This document shows, one piece after another, positions 56,646 to 64,000 of a DNA stretch of 64,000 nucleotides. The notes beneath the pieces are model-generated. The model searched no databases. It was given only the letters and a program-made list of their open reading frames with translations, and was not told the DNA's origin. Origin of the DNA: Candidatus Woesearchaeota archaeon. Lineage in GTDB: Archaea; Nanobdellota; Nanobdellia; Woesearchaeales; GW2011-AR15. The stretch's first letter is position 1, and the number at the start of each line of letters is the position of its first letter. Where the stretch lies: positions 27,751 to 91,750 of the forward strand of contig JAFGJW010000014.1 of NCBI GenBank assembly GCA_016928835.1. The letters are read 5' to 3'. The translations under genes were made by a program, and so were the position numbers.

Positions 56646-59600
56646 GTTTGTTCTGCGTAAAATGTCAAAGTTGATTTTTTCTCTCCAGGCGATTCAGGTA
56701 GTGGCACAAGCACCAAGATGTCTGTCTCTGCCAAGTCCTTGCTGTCAGTCCAGTTCAGATATGCAAACACTTTTATTGGTGTTCCGTCCTGAACATAGGC
56801 CCATGTATTCTGAGAGCTGTCATAATCTATTGAACCTTGCTCGCTTGAATTGTCTGCTTTGTATTGGAAATACTGTGTGTTCAATGCCTGCGAGCTCCAC
56901 AGCTGCGTCGCATTCATTGTAACATTGACTTCAACATTTCCATTGTTCTCAATAGTCAAGGGATAAGGTGAATCATCAGATGTATTATCAGTTGTATTCA
57001 TACTCACTAGTCCAAAGTCCACACTTGAGTTAATAAGAGTAATAGACACAAGAGAGTCCACGGTGAAATTGGAGTGGGAGGAATTGCTGCTGCACTCACC
57101 TGTGTCGTCACATGCCTTTACTTTCCACCAATAGGTCTGGAATTCAAGAGCTGTTTGTATTATATAATTTGCATCATCTGACTCATACTTAAGAGGACTG
57201 CTGAATTCTTCGTATTCATCAAAGTATATTGTGTAGTTAACAGAATCACCGTCAGGATCTGAAGAAGAGGTCCAATTTAGATTAGGCATTCTATTGGTGA
57301 TTGTCTCATTCTTTGGATAGAGTATTGTAGGTGTCGGCGGCGGCAGATTCCCTATATGTCTCTCGCTTGAATTTAGAATATTTCCATCAGCATAGCCGTC
57401 GTTAGGTGTAACCTCGCACTTCCATGATTCTCCTTTTGATGTCTCATTAGGGACAATTGTGTTTGGTACGTGATTTGCAAGGCCTGCCTGGTAATTAGCT
57501 GATATCTGTTCTGCAGATAATGAATAATTATAGATGCGGACTTCGTCTATTGAGCCGTTGAAGTAGCTTCCCTGTCCATTGTAACCATCACCTATTCCTA
57601 CTGTACTTGCAGTAAAACTAAATTCAACAACTTCTGTAGTTCCCTCTTCCTCGATATCTCCATTAACATATATATTTCTTTCCCCTGTTGTTCCATCCCA
57701 TGTACATACTATATGATACCATTCACCAAAGGAAGATATTGGGCTTGATGTAGTTGTGGTTTCATCATTTGTATCAGCAGGGACTGAATTGTTGCCTCTA
57801 AGCCAACAAGTTACTTCATCTGAATTAGCTAATCCTATCCTAAAATGTCCTCCTTGACCAACAAAATAATCTGTGCCAGATAATGCATTAGGTTTTATCC
57901 ATGCTTCAGCTGTTAAATAATTGCCTCCATAGGTAAAGATTCCTGTGCGATAAATATTGTCATTGCTACCGTCAAACTCATACCCCCCACCAACCTTTCC
58001 TCCTGTCCTGTTCCAAGTTGCATCACTTACTGTCCCATCATTTCCATATCCAGAATAATCTTTTGTGTATGTTGAATTACTGCCGCCCTCAAACGGCATA
58101 TAGAGCACCATTATGCTTTGGTTGTTTTTGTACCAGTTAGTGATGTTGACAACATCATCACCATCCACATCTTGTACATTGTTCCAGTTGCATGTCAGAG
58201 TGTTATTTGTGTATGCAGGGTCTGGTGTAATAGTTGGCGCATCTTGTGTTGGTGCAGTGTTTTCAATTGAGCGGGTGGTTGAGTTATAAGAAGAGGATGC
58301 ACCGCCGTCATGAGCCATTATTGTGCAGTTCCAGAGCTCTCCGGCTGTTGTACTGCTCGAATCAATAGTTGATATAGCAGTATCAGTATTATTTGAGACG
58401 CTGGTATTTCCTCCCTGGACAAATACTGAGTTATTATACCACCAGTATTCTATTCTAACGCTTGTATTGTAATCATCAACTGCTGTGACATTACAATCTA
58501 AGTTATGGCTTATATTGGCAATCAAAGGGTATATTACCAAGGAAGTAATATCAGGCGCATTATTTGAGCATGAATTTGCCACACAGACCTCATAGTCATG
58601 GCAGTCATCATCATTATAGCAGTCCAACCAGTCACCAGAGTTACAATAATCTGTATCTCCGTCGCTATCCTCATCATGCGTGTTATAGCTTTGGTCTGAG
58701 AATGAGCTGTAATCATCAAAACATGCATTGGAACAGACATGCTGACTAGTCCCAACAACAATTCCTGTAGCAGAGCCGTGACTGCATGAATAAATATAAT
58801 TTGTATCAACACTTGTTGTGCCTGAGCTTCCTCCTGTGTAATCAGAATCATCATTGTCTAAGGTGGACCACAACCTCCATGTAGAAGAAGTCCTAGTATC
58901 TCCAGGAATTGCATAATATTCAGGGTAATAGCGAATTGTGGTCCATGGATCTGCTGTCAAATTGAATTGGCAATTCAGGGCACTGCTTTGATCAGGATTC
59001 AGATTGGAATTATAATCAGGATAGCAGTCATTTCCTCCAGAATTATTAAACAACAAAATTGAGGTACTCAGATTAAATTCTTCTGGATCAAAGCCAAGAG
59101 TCTCTGCCTTGAATGCAGCTGCATCATAACCGCAGTCACCAAGATACAGGTTAGGTGTTAAAGTCCCATTATCTATCCTTATACTAATATTAATATGATC
59201 ATCCTCTAAAGTTTCAGATGAAGTTGATTCCCTAATAAAGAAGTGTAGGATATCATATTCTGTTGTTGTTGTGCCATATGTGCCTTTGCAGCTAATATAA
59301 TCTGCATCCTGAGTACAGGACTCATCTCCTTCATAATCTGTAAAAACTAAATTTACGCCGATAGGAACACTGGTGTCGTAGTAATGCCATTCATTATCAC
59401 TCTTTTTTCTGATAGTAATGTTCCAATCATGGACTCCATCCAGCGAGTCCCCAAATTGGACTTGGTATATTATGTACTGCTGGTTCCATCCTGACTCATG
59501 CATATAACTGGAATAAATAAATCTGAAAACTGTAACAGCTCCTCCGTTTTGCTGCAGCGTGTTTCCGCTATCTAGGTCATATTCATTACAAAGTTCTCCT

Positions 59601-62600
59601 GCATATAACCTATGTAGGGTATCAATATAATACCCCCCGCTTTGTCCTGTGTTGTTTATCAACGAATCACAGAAATCTGTTACTAGATCGCCAGCAGAGA
59701 TATTTGCCCTATCGCCGCAGTCTCCAGTCCCATATGTTTCATCTCCCCAGACATCTAATGAATATAATCTGAATGAAGAATTGCCCTCATCATAATTATT
59801 GCTTGCATCTGACACATTGAACATAAAAGTATAATTCCCATTATTGCCAATATACCAATTATAATCAGTTTGAATACAGCTTGTAAAGTTAGTGGCTTCA
59901 GTCCCTCCAATTGGACAGGTGCATGAATTCCAAGCGGAATCGTCCGGATCTTTATAATAACATTCAACATCGCTTGTTGTCAGCTCATCATTTGGATCTG
60001 TTATATTTGCCTTAACAGTTACATTCATCTGCTGTATTGGGTTTGATGGTTCAAAATACAATCCTCCAATAATTGGACTTGCGTCAATACAATCATTAGC
60101 ACTGCAATATTGTGAGCTGCTACACTCGCTGTCAGTGTCGCAGTCATACCATGTTCCGGAGTTGCAGTAATCATTGTCACCGTCATTGTCAACATCATAT
60201 GCAACTGAGCCTGAATTAACAGCACATTGTCCAGAATCGCAATCAGCCATATTATCATCCCAATCATGATCCAATGGACAGTTGCTTGAGTTAATACAAG
60301 TATCATACATGTCTGCTGCGCCCCCAGTGCATACTGCACCAGTTGAACTATCGCAGGCACCTGCTGCCACGCGCGTATCATAATCAGTATCCTGGAGACA
60401 ACTATCTCCAACACATGCGCTATTAACATCACAATCAGAGTAGCCTTCATTTCTCTCATAGATACAGTTATTTGATGTACACGCCTCAGTACACTCATCT
60501 GAATCTGTGCATGGCTGGCTAAAATCATCTCCATATGCTGCCTCTCCTGCTGGATCACAATCTGCTACTGAGTTACAGTCAACCCATTGGCCAGAATTGC
60601 AGTATTCATTATCACCATTTGAGTCTATATCTATAGTATTGTCAGTATTTGCATAGCAGGTGCTGGAATTAACGCAATCACTATTTTGGTCACAGCAGGC
60701 ATCTGTGGTTATTGTTGGAAGAGGATTGCCAGAACTATCATTAATATTGGTATTATAATCAGAATAAACAACCCATTCTCCTGTTGTGTTTTCACAGCAT
60801 ACTGTTGCATTGCTGTCTCCTCCTATATTCCAGTAATCAGGATTAGTTCCCATTGTACAGTTGCAGGTATTTTCATTTGCATCACCATCAGTATAGTAAG
60901 TACAGTCATCAGCAACATAACCACTAGTGCCTCTGCATTCAGCTCTGTATTCATCTGCATTATCATTGAGACCCGTGTTAGCGTCCTCTTCACAATCATT
61001 ATCCTCGCCATCATAATTGCCCGAAGCAGTGAAGCACCAGCCATCATCAGCTGCACCAACACCATCATTATCACAATCTCCCGATGAGCAGGCCTCGTCC
61101 TCACTTGTTGAAGTATCTTCATACGTTTCTCCATTACAAGTTGCTCCATCTGCAAGTACTGCTTGGCAGGTGCCTTCATCACCACAGAAATATCCTGAGG
61201 GACATTGTGAATTTGCTGTACAATCTGAAGTACAGTCATTTGCTGAGCAGTGAAGTCCATTTCCAGTATCACACTCGCTGTCAGTATTGCAGTCATACCA
61301 TGTTCCGCTATTACAGTAATCATTGTCACCATCACAGTCAACGTCTGCTGTTACGTTACTGTCAAGTATGTATGTAGTAATACCTGATGAATCACAATCT
61401 GGATCATATCCGCATGCATTGCTCGGTATGCACATGTCGCCTCCGCTAGCAGCATCACACACCGGCTGATCAGTTGTGTCGCAGGCTCCTGCATCATAAT
61501 GATTGCCTTCATCATCAAAACAATTATCTGAGCAGCATCTTCTATCCCTGCCCGTGCCATCACCATCATTATCACAATCACTATAACCATTATTTCGGCA
61601 GTAATAGCAGTCATTGCTTGTACAGCTCTCTATTGTACATTCTCCAGCTGAACAAATCTCACCATCTAGTGTTAACCAAGTTGGATCCGAGTCACAATCT
61701 CCTGTGTTATAACAATCATACCATGTAGCGCTTAAGCAGTATTCATCATCACTATTACTGTCTGCGTCATGAGTATGTGTACCGCTTGTATAACACGTAT
61801 TTGAATCCACACAATCAGTGCCTGCATCGCAGCAGGCCTGATCTCCTGAATCAGTTGTGCATGCATAAGTATTATCACATGTCTTAGAAAGAGAGTTCTC
61901 ATTTGCATCATCTTCACAGCAGAAAGCTCCGCTTCCGTCTCCGCAGCTTACACCATCTGAGCAGTCAGTTGAATCAACTACATTATCACCATATGCACCT
62001 GCAAGCCAATCATAACTTAGAGCAGAGCATATACTTGATGTGCCGTCTCCGTCATATGCCTGGCAAGCTGGGCTGGACGCTATAAGACAACTGCTGTATG
62101 CAGGACACCCAAGATATGCAGATCCGCTGGCTCTATTATCATATGACCAGCCAGGGTCATGCTCATCTGAAAATAAATCAGAACCACAAGCATATTCACA
62201 GTTGCCATCTCCATTTAAATCAGAGTCCGGCGCACTTGTTTCCTCCCTGTCACTAGAGTCACAGCTTATGCATGTATTATCAGTATCATCACATCTGAAT
62301 TTATCTGTTCCTTCTGTATCTCCAGCATCCCAAGAGCCATCATCAACATCATCACAATAGTCACCGTTATTTCCATTGCACACTGTTGACTCAGTTCCGC
62401 AGGTAGAGGGAGCATCTGAATTATCTTGGTCAATACCAAAATCAGTGCAGCATGTAGCATGCGATGTAGCGCCGCAAACACCATTAGCAGAATAACCGCC
62501 AGCCAAGCTACCCAGATCACATTCATGAGCATAGTCTGCAGCAGAATCAGCACAAGCATATAAATAATCAGCGCCTCCGTGTGTTGCGTTTGTCTCATCA

Positions 62601-64000
62601 CAGCTCCATCCTGTACCTGTTTGTAAAGTGCAAATACCATCTGCATTGTAAGCATTGCTGCCATCATCTGAGCAGACAGTTCCATCATATGTGTTATTGC
62701 ACGCACCCCTGCAATAGCCATCAATACATAAGCTTGAATCGCAGTCTGTTCCATAAGTGCAACCACAGCCAAGTGGCAAGCTGGTTATCCATGTGTTGCT
62801 TGAGTTGCAATAGTACCCGTCCCTGTCTGTGCAATCAGTAACATCAACATTTGTTTCAGCGTCTGGTGAAGTAGATCCCTGGTTGCCGCAATCATAAAAC
62901 TGACTGTCACTGCACAGTATGCTCTCATTTATGTATCCATCAGCCACCAAATCACCATTGAAACAACAATCGTTAGCACCACCAGATCCTGCGTGTTCAT
63001 AGTCCAGGTCATCATAACAACAGACATAAGTACCACTTCTATAGACTATGTCTCCATTACTAGAATAACCCGAAATATTAACGTCATTGTCACATCTGTC
63101 TCCTAATCCACATTGGGTCATAGTACCATAATACGTAAAAGCCGGCCAACCTCTACAAACATCATCAGTATCACATATGCTACCATTTACACATAGGCCA
63201 GCCTCAGCATCAGCCAATCCGCTTCCCACATTACCAATATCATAACAAGTTCTTCCATTTGTACAATTATCATCACAATTTTCCCAGGGCGTATTATCTG
63301 TTTCGCTGCTGCCAAATGCAAAATATGTTTCACCCTCACAGCATGTTGAAGTAGCACTCGCAATAACACCCATTACACTAATTCCATCTGCAAGTGTGCC
63401 ATCACATAGCACACCATAAGAAGCAGTTGTGTCGCAGTGATCAAGTGTGGTGTCAGTTTTGCTGTCACTATATGCAATCTCATTATTAGTATCATCACAA
63501 CATGTCGCGGAAATACAAGTACCGTCTCTCAAATAATCTCCATCTCCTATACTCTCATCACAGCCATAGCCATTAACACAATCATCAAAATAAGTGGAAC
63601 TGCCGTCATTTGCAACAGTTCCATCAGTATCACATGATTTACCTGAATCATTAATGCAAATACCATCTGGGTCGTATCCAATACTTTCCACAGCACTATC
63701 ACAGGAATAACCTCCTACTGCTCCTGCAGCTGCGCAGCCAAAGAAGAAATTCGCATCACTAAAGTCTCCAGTAGCGCATGTATCTCCACATATAAGGCCA
63801 ACCTCATTTGGGTCACAGACACTGTCCCTGCATATGCCGTCACCACTAATTGCGCCGTTTTCAGGGGTACTGTCACATACTTCGCCTGCATCTCCTGATG
63901 CACATGTACATGTCTCATCATCACCGTCTGTGAAAGTAGCAGCAGCGCCCCAGTTGCTGCCATATTCTCCGCTGACAATCTCGTCTGTGCAGCAGCTTGT
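56642..64000 (-). CDS. giant (>2450 aa) Cys/Asp/Gly/Thr-rich surface protein with a LamG/ConA-like lectin domain and repeated D-x-D-x-DGD..DYCNSGxWxDC modules; 5' end lies beyond the window
   Basis: The track ORF starts on GTG at ~63690, but the same frame stays open and Cys-rich up to coordinate 64000. LamG-like segment YLTAEAWIKP...WYHIVCTWDG...GSIDEVRIYN. Confidence 0.6.
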   Translation of the reverse strand, partial: TSCCTDEIVSGEYGSNWGAAATFTDGDDETCTCASGDAGEVCDSTPENGAISGDGICRDSVCDPNEVGLICGDTCATGDFSDANFFFGCAAAGAVGGYSCDSAVESIGYDPDGICINDSGKSCDTDGTVANDGSSTYFDDCVNGYGCDESIGDGDYLRDGTCISATCCDDTNNEIAYSDSKTDTTLDHCDTTASYGVLCDGTLADGISVMGVIASATSTCCEGETYFAFGSSETDNTPWENCDDNCTNGRTCYDIGNVGSGLADAEAGLCVNGSICDTDDVCRGWPAFTYYGTMTQCGLGDRCDNDVNISGYSSNGDIVYRSGTYVCCYDDLDYEHAGSGGANDCCFNGDLVADGYINESILCSDSQFYDCGNQGSTSPDAETNVDVTDCTDRDGYYCNSSNTWITSLPLGCGCTYGTDCDSSLCIDGYCRGACNNTYDGTVCSDDGSNAYNADGICTLQTGTGWSCDETNATHGGADYLYACADSAADYAHECDLGSLAGGYSANGVCGATSHATCCTDFGIDQDNSDAPSTCGTESTVCNGNNGDYCDDVDDGSWDAGDTEGTDKFRCDDTDNTCISCDSSDREETSAPDSDLNGDGNCEYACGSDLFSDEHDPGWSYDNRASGSAYLGCPAYSSCLIASSPACQAYDGDGTSSICSALSYDWLAGAYGDNVVDSTDCSDGVSCGDGSGAFCCEDDANENSLSKTCDNTYACTTDSGDQACCDAGTDCVDSNTCYTSGTHTHDADSNSDDEYCLSATWYDCYNTGDCDSDPTWLTLDGEICSAGECTIESCTSNDCYYCRNNGYSDCDNDGDGTGRDRRCCSDNCFDDEGNHYDAGACDTTDQPVCDAASGGDMCIPSNACGYDPDCDSSGITTYILDSNVTADVDCDGDNDYCNSGTWYDCNTDSECDTGNGLHCSANDCTSDCTANSQCPSGYFCGDEGTCQAVLADGATCNGETYEDTSTSEDEACSSGDCDNDGVGAADDGWCFTASGNYDGEDNDCEEDANTGLNDNADEYRAECRGTSGYVADDCTYYTDGDANENTCNCTMGTNPDYWNIGGDSNATVCCENTTGEWVVYSDYNTNINDSSGNPLPTITTDACCDQNSDCVNSSTCYANTDNTIDIDSNGDNEYCNSGQWVDCNSVADCDPAGEAAYGDDFSQPCTDSDECTEACTSNNCIYERNEGYSDCDVNSACVGDSCLQDTDYDTRVAAGACDSSTGAVCTGGAADMYDTCINSSNCPLDHDWDDNMADCDSGQCAVNSGSVAYDVDNDGDNDYCNSGTWYDCDTDSECSSSQYCSANDCIDASPIIGGLYFEPSNPIQQMNVTVKANITDPNDELTTSDVECYYKDPDDSAWNSCTCPIGGTEATNFTSCIQTDYNWYIGNNGNYTFMFNVSDASNNYDEGNSSFRLYSLDVWGDETYGTGDCGDRANISAGDLVTDFCDSLINNTGQSGGYYIDTLHRLYAGELCNEYDLDSGNTLQQNGGAVTVFRFIYSSYMHESGWNQQYIIYQVQFGDSLDGVHDWNITIRKKSDNEWHYYDTSVPIGVNLVFTDYEGDESCTQDADYISCKGTYGTTTTEYDILHFFIRESTSSETLEDDHINISIRIDNGTLTPNLYLGDCGYDAAAFKAETLGFDPEEFNLSTSILLFNNSGGNDCYPDYNSNLNPDQSSALNCQFNLTADPWTTIRYYPEYYAIPGDTRTSSTWRLWSTLDNDDSDYTGGSSGTTSVDTNYIYSCSHGSATGIVVGTSQHVCSNACFDDYSSFSDQSYNTHDEDSDGDTDYCNSGDWLDCYNDDDCHDYEVCVANSCSNNAPDITSLVIYPLIANISHNLDCNVTAVDDYNTSVRIEYWWYNNSVFVQGGNTSVSNNTDTAISTIDSSSTTAGELWNCTIMAHDGGASSSYNSTTRSIENTAPTQDAPTITPDPAYTNNTLTCNWNNVQDVDGDDVVNITNWYKNNQSIMVLYMPFEGGSNSTYTKDYSGYGNDGTVSDATWNRTGGKVGGGYEFDGSNDNIYRTGIFTYGGNYLTAEAWIKPNALSGTDYFVGQGGHFRIGLANSDEVTCWLRGNNSVPADTNDETTTTSSPISSFGEWYHIVCTWDGTTGERNIYVNGDIEEEGTTEVVEFSFTASTVGIGDGYNGQGSYFNGSIDEVRIYNYSLSAEQISANYQAGLANHVPNTIVPNETSKGESWKCEVTPNDGYADGNILNSSERHIGNLPPPTPTILYPKNETITNRMPNLNWTSSSDPDGDSVNYTIYFDEYEEFSSPLKYESDDANYIIQTALEFQTYWWKVKACDDTGECSSNSSHSNFTVDSLVSITLINSSVDFGLVSMNTTDNTSDDSPYPLTIENNGNVEVNVTMNATQLWSSQALNTQYFQYKADNSSEQGSIDYDSSQNTWAYVQDGTPIKVFAYLNWTDSKDLAETDILVLVPLPESPGEKKSTLTFYAEQT

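Noticed and set aside
63715-63978. 87-aa ORF on the minus strand
   Set aside because: It is out of frame relative to the open Cys-rich frame that continues the giant 56642.. gene to the window edge
1-64000. CRISPR arrays, rRNA genes, IS elements, integrases
   Set aside because: No direct-repeat/spacer periodicity, no rRNA-like conserved stretches, and no transposase/integrase motifs were seen on either strand. The only repeats are intragenic PT linkers and the duplicated elements described.

Overview
This is an AT-rich (~33-35% GC) archaeal segment, most likely from a DPANN-type genome. The archaeal call rests on ABCE1/Rli1, a family-B DNA polymerase, the RFC large subunit, an archaeal/eukaryotic-type GlyRS, and BHB-type tRNA introns. 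Housekeeping genes (abcE1, a metH core, metV-metF, polB, ahcY, a Nudix, a HAD hydrolase, an Obg-family GTPase, glyS, rfcL) sit between three other kinds of content. The first is a distinctly GC-richer purine-biosynthesis island (purF / purL-purQ-purM-purB). The second is a block of huge Cys/Thr/Pro-rich surface proteins. The third, at ~6.4-16.3 kb, looks like an accessory/conflict island. It holds a UPF0175/DUF3368 TA-like pair and a small internally duplicated basic protein. Its centre is an overlapping operon of a ribbon-helix-helix (RHH) regulator and two paralogous Hsp90-like GHKL ATPases, one carrying TM helices and an HExxH motif. Divergent from that operon is a HerA-like ATPase, a nucleotidyltransferase-fold protein, a small ORF and a DUF99 protein. 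I propose the RHH-GHKL-GHKL unit, possibly together with the divergent HerA/NTase/DUF99 operon, as the candidate undescribed system. The supplied ORF 923..1231 is not a protein. It is a tRNA-His(GUG) gene interrupted by two BHB introns (81 nt at 37/38 and 143 nt at 59/60). The giant 2349-aa ORF at the 3' end continues in frame past the window edge. All homology calls were made by eye from motifs; no database search was run.
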